A DNA stretch of 64,000 nucleotides, taken from an uncultured delta proteobacterium (GTDB lineage Bacteria; Desulfobacterota; Desulfobacteria; Desulfobacterales; Desulfatirhabdiaceae). This document shows, piece by piece, positions 19,952 to 28,415 of the stretch. The notes beneath the pieces are model-generated. The model ran no database searches. It saw only the letters and a list, made by a program, of their open reading frames with translations, and was not told where the DNA came from. How positions within the stretch are numbered: position 1 is the stretch's first letter; each line of letters starts with the position of its first letter. Position numbers and translations under genes: made by a program. The stretch covers positions 224,001 through 288,000 of the forward strand of contig CAWBKP010000024.1 in the NCBI GenBank assembly GCA_963789395.1. The letters are read 5' to 3'.

Positions 19952-20757
19952 ATGAAGAAACTGGCAGGGATGCTTCTAATATGCTGGTTACTGTCGGGAT
20001 GTAATACCCAGAAGGCCGGAATGATTCAGGAGGAGGCACTAAAAGCCTGCAGGCACATCCTGAAATCATCAAGGAACAAGTACTTAAGACGATCAGGGAA
20101 AATCCTGAAATCGTGATGGATGTGTTGAAGGAAAGAAATATCGAAGTGCTTCAGATCGTGGAAAAAGGCAGCCTTGATCTGGCTGAAAAAAAGCGGGATG
20201 AACATTTGAAGCAGGATCTTGCCAATCCCAAAAACCCGAAAATTGATTTGACCCGCCCCTTTATCGGTAACCCCGATGCGCCGGTCACCATTGTCGAGTA
20301 TTCGGATTTTCAATGTTTCTATTGCGGAAAGGCTGCCCGCACCATGCAGGATCTCGTCCAGAAATATCCACAGAAAATTCGGGTTTTCTTTAAACATATG
20401 CCGTTCCATGAAATGTCCAAATTGGAAGCCATGTATTTTGAAGCCATTGCCCGGCAGTCCGTGGAAAAAGCATGGAAATTTCATGATATTGCCTTTGACC
20501 GCCGGGAAGATGTCCAGAAGGAAAAAGAAAGTGTTTTGCAGGACATCGCCAATTTGTTAAGTGTTGATGAAGCCAGATTGAAAACGGATCTGGAAAGCAA
20601 GGCACTGGCGGATATGGTTGGCGAAGACATGAAAGAAGCCCGCTCGTTCGGATTTGATGCCACCCCGTCGTTTCTCATTAACGGCGTTTCGGTAATCGGA
20701 GCGGTGCCGATTGAAGAATTCGAAAAAGTGATCCGTCTGAGTGAAGAAAAGAAATAG
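19952..20757 (+). CDS. DsbA-family thioredoxin-fold lipoprotein (indel in the 5' part)
   Basis: Lipobox LSGC; GNPDAPVTIVEYSDFQCFYC; ATPSFLING. Confidence 0.85.
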
Positions 20758-20794
20758 GCCCTGCATGGAAATACAGAAAAAATCCAAGCCAGAA

Positions 20795-20926
20795 GAGCCT
20801 CTTGCAAAACGCCATCAAATTGTCTCTTCCGTCATACCGGCGAAAGCCGGTATCCAGTGAATTCGAAGTCGTCTGGACCCCGGTTTTCACCGGGGTGACG
20901 AACATCGGTACTGTTGCAAGAGGCTC
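20795..20926. mobile_element. MITE-like element with 13-bp terminal inverted repeats enclosing a REP-like palindrome
   Basis: GAGCCTCTTGCAA ... TTGCAAGAGGCTC ends; internal GTCATACCGGCGAAAGCCGGTATCCAG...CTGGACCCCGGTTTTCACCGGGGTGAC. Confidence 0.7.
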
Positions 20927-21055
20927 AAAAAACACGCTTTGCAGCATGAAGCTGATAAATCCGGTTTTCATTCGAATTCAGTTGTGTTAGAGAGTTATTA
21001 CTGCAAATCTACAATCCGGAATTCATTTGCCGACACTTGTTATTTATGAGATCTT

Positions 21056-22942
21056 ATGTCTGAACTGACCTTTGAGAGCATCGATAACACCATACTGGAT
21101 ACCCTGCGACCGGCTCCCAGATCTTACTGGGTTCTGGTCGCAACGCTGCTGATGGGAGTGTTTCTCGGCGCCGGCTGCTGGGTGTACCAGATTTTTGTCG
21201 GCATCGGGGTCGGCGGCCAGAACAACCCGGTTCACTGGGGAACGTATCTGATCAATTTCGTGTTCTGGGTCGGTATTGCGCATTCGGGCACACTGATATC
21301 TGCTGTGCTGCACCTGTTCCGGGCCGGATGGCGCAATCCCATTGCACGGGCTGCTGAGACCATGACGATCTTTGCCGTGTGCACCGCAGGCCTTTTTCCC
21401 TTTATCCATCTGGGTCGTGTCTGGCTGGTTTTCTACATGCTTCCGGTGCCCAATCCACGCACCCTGTGGCCCAATTTCACCTCTCCCTTGATGTTTGACG
21501 TTGTGGCCATCAGCACCTATCTGATCGTCAGCACCCTGTTCTGGTATACGGGAATGCTGCCGGATCTGGCCACGATTCGCGACCGGGCAACCGGAACCCG
21601 GAAGAAAATCTTTCATATTCTCTCGATGGGCTGGACCGGCGTGCACGAGCAGTGGCGACATTATGCACGGGGGTATCTGTTCTTTGCGGCCCTTGCGACC
21701 CCCCTTGTCATCTCGGTTCACAGCGTGGTGTCCTGGGATTTTGCCCTCGGGGTGGTTCCCGGATGGCACACCACGATATTCGCACCGTATTTCGTTGCCG
21801 GCGCCATTCACTCGGGCCTTGCCATGGTCCTGACGCTGATGATTCCGCTGCGAAAGATTTTCAGATTTGAAAGCATCATCACCATTCACGTACTGGAAAG
21901 CGTTGCCAAAACCATCATTTTTACAGGGCTCATCGTCGGTTTTGCATACGGAACCGAGCTTTTCATCGCCTGGTACAGCCGCAACATCGTTGAGATGGAA
22001 ACCTTCCGCTGGCGCATGTTCGGTGACTACGGCCGGGAGTACTGGATCATGGTCACCTGCAATGCCTTGGTGCCGCTGCTGTTTCTGTTTAAAAAAATCC
22101 GGACTTCCGTTTACTGGCTTTTCGGATTTTCGTTGCTCATCAATATCGGCATGTGGTTTGAACGCTTTGTCATCATCATCGGCAGCGTTGCCCATGATTT
22201 TCTGCCCTATGCCTGGGGGCTGTATTGGCCTACCTTCATCGAGTGGGGAATTCTGGTCGGCAGTTTTTGCCTGTTTTTCTTTTTGTTCGTGCTTTTTGTC
22301 AAGCACCTGCCGTCGGTTTCAATGACGGAAATGAAAGAAACGCTGCTCGGATTGGAAGTCGAGAAGATCAGCAGACCGCAAGGCGATCCGCCGCCTGTCT
22401 TGCCCGCATCGCGACTGACGCACTTGAAGTTTGTTCCCGAAAAGCAGGTACCCATCCTGGGGTTGTTCAAAACAGAGGCCCAGGCTGCATCCGCTATTCA
22501 TGATCTGAAAAAATCTGCCTGGACATTCATTCGGGTGTATAGCCCGATTCCCAGCCATGTCATCATGGATGCCCTGCACCTGAAGAAAAGCAGGGTCGGA
22601 TGGTTTACGCTGGCCGGTGGCATCCTGGGCTTCTTAAGCGGATTTGCTCTGGCTGTTTTTGCGGCAACCCGCTGGAATCTTATGGTAGGCGGCAAGCCCG
22701 TGGTTGCCTGGGTGCCGTTTTTTATCGTGGGGTTCGAGTTTACGGTGTTGTTTGCAGTTTTCGGTAATGTTGCGGGTCTGCTGTCCCAGACCGGCCTGCC
22801 GCAGCTGGATACAATTGACGGCTATGACCCTGGCTGCTCGGCGGACCGCTTCGGTGTTCTGGCTGCCTGTGAACCGGATCAGCAAAGCGATCTGAGCCGG
22901 TTTTTTATCGATAACGGTGCGGAAATCAACACTTTCGAATAA
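21056..22942 (+). CDS. Alternative complex III ActC (NrfD/PsrC family) fused to ActD (DUF3341)
   Basis: NFVFWVGIAHSGTLISA, RAAETMT, WPNFTSPL.FD, SVHSVVSWDF, GWHTTIF.PYF, GMWFERF; C-terminal YSPIP, VGGKP, FEFTVLFA. Confidence 0.88.
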   Translation: MSELTFESIDNTILDTLRPAPRSYWVLVATLLMGVFLGAGCWVYQIFVGIGVGGQNNPVHWGTYLINFVFWVGIAHSGTLISAVLHLFRAGWRNPIARAAETMTIFAVCTAGLFPFIHLGRVWLVFYMLPVPNPRTLWPNFTSPLMFDVVAISTYLIVSTLFWYTGMLPDLATIRDRATGTRKKIFHILSMGWTGVHEQWRHYARGYLFFAALATPLVISVHSVVSWDFALGVVPGWHTTIFAPYFVAGAIHSGLAMVLTLMIPLRKIFRFESIITIHVLESVAKTIIFTGLIVGFAYGTELFIAWYSRNIVEMETFRWRMFGDYGREYWIMVTCNALVPLLFLFKKIRTSVYWLFGFSLLINIGMWFERFVIIIGSVAHDFLPYAWGLYWPTFIEWGILVGSFCLFFFLFVLFVKHLPSVSMTEMKETLLGLEVEKISRPQGDPPPVLPASRLTHLKFVPEKQVPILGLFKTEAQAASAIHDLKKSAWTFIRVYSPIPSHVIMDALHLKKSRVGWFTLAGGILGFLSGFALAVFAATRWNLMVGGKPVVAWVPFFIVGFEFTVLFAVFGNVAGLLSQTGLPQLDTIDGYDPGCSADRFGVLAACEPDQQSDLSRFFIDNGAEINTFE

Positions 22943-22959
22943 TTCATGTATTCTGACCC

Positions 22960-24246
22960 ATGACATTCAACGAACCTAAAATAGTCAGCCGATCCCTGAT
23001 AGCACTCTTTTTTGCGCTCATGCTGATCGGGGCAGTGACATTTATCGTCACGGTTGCGGGCGATCATCCGGAAAAGGCATGGAGCGCGTATCTGATTAAT
23101 TTTTTGCTCTTTTCCGCCATTTCACAGGGCGGCCTGCTGTTTTCGATTGTGATGAACACGACCAATGCCAGGTGGAGCCGGCAGCTTTCGGGTGTATCCG
23201 AGTCGTTTGCCGCTTTTTTCCCGGTCTCGTTCGTGCTCCTTCTCCTTCTTTTTCTGGGCAGAACCCATGTTTTCCCCTGGCTGGGCATGAACCTTCACGG
23301 AAAGGAAGTCTGGCTGAACCTTCCGTTTCTGTTTACCCGCGATGTTGTCGGCGTATCCATTCTTTACGCTCTGGGGTTTGCTTATCTATACCATTCCCTG
23401 TGGTTCAAGATGCCGCATTATGACAACGCGCGACCCGGCCTTTCCGGCCTGCTGGTCCGCCACCGGCTGCGGCAGCCCGCCGATATTGCCAAATATCGCA
23501 GACGGATGATGGTTTGCGGCAATCTTTATATCCTGGCATTTGCGCTGGTGCTGTCGCTGATCGGATTTGACCTGGTGATGAGCATGGACCCTCACTGGTA
23601 TTCCACCCTCTTCGGGGCCTATACTTTTGTCAAGGCGTTTTATGTGGGGCTGGGCGGGGTAATTATTTTGGCTTCCCTGCTGCATCTGCACCCGAAAGTT
23701 GAATTTACGCTGCCGTCTTCACAGTTCCATGATATTGGCAAGCTCTTTTTTGCCTTCTGCATGCTCTGGGGAGATTTCTTTTATGTCCATCTTGTTGTCA
23801 TCTGGTACGGCAACATTCCGGAAGAAACCGCCTATATGATTCAGCGAACCCAGGCAGCGCCGTGGAAAATGCTGGCTTGGACGGTTTTTGTGACCGGTTT
23901 CATCCTGCCCTTTCTGATTTTGATTAATAAAAGAATCAAGACGTTTCCAAAGGCCATGATCGTTATCTGCTCGGTTGTCATTGTCAGCATCTGGCTGGAG
24001 CATTATCTGCTCCTGGGCCCCATTTACAGTCCCGAGGCCGTTCGTCTGCCAGCGGTAATTGCAGCGTTAAGTCCATTGCGGACGACATTGCCGGCGAACA
24101 GTCTCGACGCTATTCGTCTGCCCTTTCAAATCGCTGACGGTCTGATCGGCCTTGGCTTTTTGGGATTGATGGCCGCATCGGTTGCATTTTTTCTGAATCT
24201 TTTTCCGGAGGTGCTGAACCCGCAGCCGTCGGAGGTGCACCGATGA
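22960..24246 (+). CDS. ACIII ActF-like integral membrane subunit
   Basis: WLNLPFLFTR, FDLVMSMDPHWYSTLFG, HDIGKLFFAF, IWYGNIPEET. Confidence 0.88.
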   Translation: MTFNEPKIVSRSLIALFFALMLIGAVTFIVTVAGDHPEKAWSAYLINFLLFSAISQGGLLFSIVMNTTNARWSRQLSGVSESFAAFFPVSFVLLLLLFLGRTHVFPWLGMNLHGKEVWLNLPFLFTRDVVGVSILYALGFAYLYHSLWFKMPHYDNARPGLSGLLVRHRLRQPADIAKYRRRMMVCGNLYILAFALVLSLIGFDLVMSMDPHWYSTLFGAYTFVKAFYVGLGGVIILASLLHLHPKVEFTLPSSQFHDIGKLFFAFCMLWGDFFYVHLVVIWYGNIPEETAYMIQRTQAAPWKMLAWTVFVTGFILPFLILINKRIKTFPKAMIVICSVVIVSIWLEHYLLLGPIYSPEAVRLPAVIAALSPLRTTLPANSLDAIRLPFQIADGLIGLGFLGLMAASVAFFLNLFPEVLNPQPSEVHR

Positions 24247-24776
24247 ATGCGATGCTATCGGCCTTGAATCGAAATAAAGCACCTGTTTCGCTGATATTTC
24301 TGTGCGCCGTGCTGGTGGCGAGCTTTCTGTTTTTCTTCTACGATACGCCCGGATCCCATATCGGACCGGAGCAGCCGATCCCCTTCAGTCATCGGGTTCA
24401 CGCCGGGGTCAAAGACATTCAATGCGAGTATTGTCACCCTTATGTCAGTTATTCCCGGAATCCGGGGCTGCCGCCTGTTGAAAAATGTCTGCATTGCCAC
24501 AACTACATCATTGCGAATCATTTCTGGATTCGAAAAGAACATCAGTATTTTGACACGCGCACGCCGACGCCGTGGAGAAAGGCCTATTATCTACCCGAAT
24601 ATGTTCTCTTTAATCACCAGCGGCATATTCAAAAAGAGATCGCGTGCCGGCAATGCCATGGAGCGGTGGAGACGTTTGACCGCATCCATGGAAAAGCGTT
24701 TTACATGGATTTCTGCCTTGACTGCCACCGGGAAAAAAACGCCAATGTGGACTGCTGGCTGGCGTGCCACAGCTGA
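24243..24776 (+). CDS. Membrane-anchored multiheme cytochrome c, ActA-like
   Basis: N-terminal TM; PEQPIPFSHRVHAG; CEYCH, CLHCH, CRQCH, CLDCH and atypical CWLACH; LPEYVLFNH. Confidence 0.88.
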   Translation: MNAMLSALNRNKAPVSLIFLCAVLVASFLFFFYDTPGSHIGPEQPIPFSHRVHAGVKDIQCEYCHPYVSYSRNPGLPPVEKCLHCHNYIIANHFWIRKEHQYFDTRTPTPWRKAYYLPEYVLFNHQRHIQKEIACRQCHGAVETFDRIHGKAFYMDFCLDCHREKNANVDCWLACHS

Positions 24777-24787
24777 AGGGAAAATGG

Positions 24788-26158
24788 ATGGCTTTTGACA
24801 TTGCCTTTGAAACAGATCCGTATCTTACTTCCAGGGCCTATTGCCTGACCGCAGCGTTCTGGTTTGTCGTGGCAACCTCCGTGGGACTGCTTGCGGCCGG
24901 CTATCTGATTGCCCCGGATTTTATGGGCAATATCAGTTTTCTGGAGTTCGGGCGCATCCGGCCCATTCATGTCAATCTGGTGCTGTTCGGTTTTGTAACG
25001 CCGGGACTGCTGGCTGCAGCGCATTATTTGGTGCCCCGACTCCTGCGAACAACGCTTTACAGTCAAAAGCTGGGATTCGTCACGGTGGTGCTGTGGAATC
25101 TGGCCGTGACCGCCGGCGTCATCGGCCTGTCGCTGGGGTATACCAAAGGCCGGGAATATGCCGAGTTCGTGTGGCCGGTAAGCGTGCTGATCGTGATCGG
25201 TTTCGGGTTGATCAGCCACAACCTCATCATGACCGTGCGGCAGCGCAAGGAACCGATTCTGTATGTGTCAATCTGGTATGTCTGCGCCGCGGTTGTCATG
25301 ACCGGCATCACCTATTTTATCGGCAACGTTGTCTGGGAACCGCAAACCGGCGCGCTTCAGGGGATACCGGATGCGATTCTGCTCTGGTTTTACGGGCACA
25401 ATATCTTCGGACTCCTGCTCACCCCGCTGTCGCTGGCGGTTGCCTACTACGTGATTCCAAAGGTGACCCGCAACCCGCTGTACAGCCACGCGCTCAGCAT
25501 TCTGGGCTTCTGGGGACTGCTGGTTGTCTATACGCATATCGGTACCCACCATCTGCTTCAGGTGCCGGTACCGACCTGGCTGAAAGTGATTGCCATTGTC
25601 GACAGCATTGCCATGGTGATTCCGGTCATGGTGTTTCTGATCAATATCTGGTATACTGCCAAGGGGAAACTTGGTGAAATTCATGCCGATATTGCCGGTA
25701 AATTTATTTTTACGGGAACGGTGATGTATTTTTTCGTCAGTATTCAAGGCTCCATGATGGCCCTTCCCGTCGTCCAGCGGGTGACGCACTTCAACAACTG
25801 GGTTGTCGGGCATTCGCACATCGGGGTTCTGGGCTTTGCCGGCATGATCGCTCTTGGGGGCATGTATTACATCCTTCCCAGAATCACGGACAAACCCCTA
25901 TACAGCCGGTTTCTGGCGGATCTGCAATACTGGCTGATATTGATCGGCGTGGTGGGGTTCGCCATTGTCCTGACGATCGTCGGTCTCATCCAGGGAAATG
26001 CGTGGCTGAACGGGGAAACCGTCTACCGGGTGCTGCCGGAAATTCATATATATTATGTTCTTCGCCTGGCTGTCGGTGTCTTTGTGGTTGCCGGGGCTTT
26101 TATCGGACTCTACAACATTTTCCGCACCTTTTATTTTAATCCCGGAGTCCGCTCATGA
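24788..26158 (+). CDS. ccoN: cbb3-type (C-family) heme-copper oxidase subunit I
   Basis: GRIRPIHVN, REYAE, WFYGHN, YTHIGTHH, HFNNWVVGHSH: six ligand His and the helix VII Tyr present. Confidence 0.85.
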   Translation: MAFDIAFETDPYLTSRAYCLTAAFWFVVATSVGLLAAGYLIAPDFMGNISFLEFGRIRPIHVNLVLFGFVTPGLLAAAHYLVPRLLRTTLYSQKLGFVTVVLWNLAVTAGVIGLSLGYTKGREYAEFVWPVSVLIVIGFGLISHNLIMTVRQRKEPILYVSIWYVCAAVVMTGITYFIGNVVWEPQTGALQGIPDAILLWFYGHNIFGLLLTPLSLAVAYYVIPKVTRNPLYSHALSILGFWGLLVVYTHIGTHHLLQVPVPTWLKVIAIVDSIAMVIPVMVFLINIWYTAKGKLGEIHADIAGKFIFTGTVMYFFVSIQGSMMALPVVQRVTHFNNWVVGHSHIGVLGFAGMIALGGMYYILPRITDKPLYSRFLADLQYWLILIGVVGFAIVLTIVGLIQGNAWLNGETVYRVLPEIHIYYVLRLAVGVFVVAGAFIGLYNIFRTFYFNPGVRS

Positions 26159-27093
26159 GTCAGGAAATGACGCCCCGGACGGTGATTCTGGGTTCCGTAG
26201 CCATTTTGCTTGCCGTTGTCTTTGTAATGGTCTACTGGCCCTATGCCAAACGGAATACGGATCCATCCGATATTTTCCGGGAGCGTACGCATGAGGAAAA
26301 CGCCGGACGGGCCATTTACATTGCAAACGGCTGCGTTTATTGTCACACCCAATCGATTCGTTCCATTGACTGGGGCATGGGAGCGGAGCGCATAGCCCAG
26401 TCCGGCGATTATGTGGCGGACCGCCCCATTCTTCTGGGATCGGAACGGACCGGCGTAGACTTGTCCCAGGAAGGCGGCGAACACCCGGATGACTGGCATC
26501 TGGCCCATTTTATCAATCCCCGGACCACGCGTCCCAATTCCGTTATGCCGCAGTTCGGATTTCTGGGAATGGAGAACATCGGCCGTCTGACGCGCTACGT
26601 GCAGAGCCTTGGCGGAAAAATGGCGGATGTCCGAATGGCCCGCCAGGATCACTGGAAAGCACAGGTTGTCGCTGCATATGAAACCGGCCCCGTGCAGAAC
26701 GTCAAATGGCTTTCCGACCATATTCCCGAAGGATGGCGCGCCATTCCCAATCCCTATCCCACATCGGATGCGGGGCTTGCCCGGGGGCGCCTGATTTACC
26801 AGGATTTTTGTCTGGGGTGTCACAGTCCCATCGGTGACGGGATGGGCCCTGCACAGCCTTACCTCTATCCGCCGCCGCTGAATTTTACCATTCTCAAAGG
26901 GCGCGAAATATCCGGCGGGATTCTTTACTACCAGATCATGAACGGGATTACAGGCTCAGCCATGCCCTATTTCAAAAGAGATCTGGAGTCTGAAAAAATC
27001 TGGGATGTCGGCAATTTCGTGGCGGTTTATTTTATCAATCAGAGCGACGCCAATGCCGAACCGCGGGGGATTGACGCAGCTTATGAGCCTTGA
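26155..27093 (+). CDS. ccoO: cbb3 subunit II fused to an extra cytochrome c domain
   Basis: GRAIYIANGCVYCHTQ, GSERTG.DL, HFINPR..PNSVMP; second domain CLGCH...GSAMP. Confidence 0.85.
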   Translation: MSQEMTPRTVILGSVAILLAVVFVMVYWPYAKRNTDPSDIFRERTHEENAGRAIYIANGCVYCHTQSIRSIDWGMGAERIAQSGDYVADRPILLGSERTGVDLSQEGGEHPDDWHLAHFINPRTTRPNSVMPQFGFLGMENIGRLTRYVQSLGGKMADVRMARQDHWKAQVVAAYETGPVQNVKWLSDHIPEGWRAIPNPYPTSDAGLARGRLIYQDFCLGCHSPIGDGMGPAQPYLYPPPLNFTILKGREISGGILYYQIMNGITGSAMPYFKRDLESEKIWDVGNFVAVYFINQSDANAEPRGIDAAYEP

Positions 27094-27108
27094 GGATAAC
27101 GGCACAGC

Positions 27109-27369
27109 ATGTACTTTCCGTTTTTTATAATTTATATCGGAATCGGCTTTGGCATCAGTGCACTGGTGTTCTTCTGGGCACTGAAAAACGGGCAATTCTC
27201 CGATCAGAAGCGGGCGGCCTTTCTTCCGCTTCAAGATGATACGGAAGGCTTGCCGGTAAGGGTCCGTCGTGTTCACCGCTTAGAGGCGCTCGCGTTGGTT
27301 GCAATGGCCTGTCTGGGGCTTTTGATCAGCGCATCCGTGCTGGTGCTCTCTCTGATGCGCGCCCGGTGA
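27109..27369 (+). CDS. ccoS: cbb3 oxidase maturation protein CcoS/FixS-like
   Basis: TM followed by FWALKNGQFSD. Confidence 0.75.
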   Translation: MYFPFFIIYIGIGFGISALVFFWALKNGQFSDQKRAAFLPLQDDTEGLPVRVRRVHRLEALALVAMACLGLLISASVLVLSLMRAR

Positions 27370-27396
27370 AACAGCGCAAACACAGGAAATTTTATC

Positions 27397-27672
27397 ATGC
27401 GGTTTTTTAACCTAATAAACATTCAGCATCTTGTCCTGGCCGTTTTTCCGGCGCTGCTGGGTGTAGTGCTCGTCGGCATTGCCCTGTCTTTTACCCATTT
27501 TCGCGGCAAGGCAGCCGAAGAGCGCCTGAAGCGGGTGACCGGCACTTACCCGGATGGGATTGAAGAAAGAAATGCGCCGTTTCCCCTGTTTCTTTTTCTG
27601 GTGATACTCGGCACGGTGTTGTGGGGGGTCGGATACATCCTCATGGTCGGCCTTGGCCCGGAGGTGATTTAA
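27397..27672 (+). CDS. Small two-TM membrane protein in the cbb3 operon
   Basis: Two hydrophobic segments flanking YPDGIEERNAPFP, reminiscent of the CcoP N-terminal DGIEE..NPLP motif. Confidence 0.55.
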   Translation: MRFFNLINIQHLVLAVFPALLGVVLVGIALSFTHFRGKAAEERLKRVTGTYPDGIEERNAPFPLFLFLVILGTVLWGVGYILMVGLGPEVI

Positions 27673-27673
27673 T

Positions 27674-27895
27674 ATGCATCACACCATCCGTTCTGAACGC
27701 ACCACCTGGATACTTATCGGGATCATGGTGGCGTTCATTCTTGTAAAAGGCGTGTTCGTGTATCTGGTGGTCGGCGATAAGGGACAGCCCGGCTGGGATT
27801 ATCGGCCGGTACCCGATGTTCCCGGAGAATCCCCGTACGCAATTTATGAACCGCTCCCGCACCGCCAGCATGTTCGCGGCCGGATGGGGGATTAA
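27674..27895 (+). CDS. Small membrane protein
   Basis: One TM then GDKGQPGWDYRPVPDVPGESPY; tight spacing with neighbours. Confidence 0.55.
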   Translation: MHHTIRSERTTWILIGIMVAFILVKGVFVYLVVGDKGQPGWDYRPVPDVPGESPYAIYEPLPHRQHVRGRMGD

Positions 27896-28411
27896 ATGAA
27901 AAGGCTGCTGCTTCTGGTCATGTTTCTGGCCCTGGTCTGGGCAGGTTATGCCGCCTTGATGGCGTTCGACCGATATTTCCCCTATGGGCGCATGCGGGAG
28001 ACGCCGGCGGTCAGGCCCTATGAAAAACCCCTTCTTGTCATGGAAGCCGGAACTGTTCCGGTGTCTGATCCCGAGGCTGCCTATCGCGCCGTGGCGGGAA
28101 GCGGGCTCCGCTCTCCGATTTTGTCCGGTGACGCGGAGGCGATCGCCCGAGGACAGGTTGTTTATGCCACGTTTTGCAAGCAGTGCCACGGCGGCAAATA
28201 CGACGGCAACGGAACGGTCGGCCAGAGTTTTTCGCCGCTGCCGACGGATTTAAGATCGGCAAAGGTTCAGGAATTGCCGGACGGCGTTTTATTTCAGCAT
28301 ATCAGCTACGGGTCGGACAGCGGCAGGCAGCCGGCCCTTGACACCACCGTTCGGATCAGGGACCGCTGGTGCGTCATTGCCTATCTAAAGTCCATCGGTA
28401 TCCGGAAATAA
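27896..28411 (+). CDS. Monoheme cytochrome c, ActE-like
   Basis: GRMRETPAVRPYE..GTVP, CKQCHG..DGNG.V, DRWCVIAYL. Confidence 0.78.
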   Translation: MKRLLLLVMFLALVWAGYAALMAFDRYFPYGRMRETPAVRPYEKPLLVMEAGTVPVSDPEAAYRAVAGSGLRSPILSGDAEAIARGQVVYATFCKQCHGGKYDGNGTVGQSFSPLPTDLRSAKVQELPDGVLFQHISYGSDSGRQPALDTTVRIRDRWCVIAYLKSIGIRK

Positions 28412-28415
28412 CGTC

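Noticed and set aside
20678..20990. Short ORFs on both strands (20678..20971, 20802..20990)
   Set aside because: They are translations of the palindromic MITE/REP element
21044..22306. 420-aa minus-strand ORF
   Set aside because: Antisense shadow of actC with no recognisable motifs
24788..26158. Nitric oxide reductase NorB call
   Set aside because: Retains the C-family helix VII Tyr and is accompanied by ccoO, ccoS and ccoI copper-maturation genes
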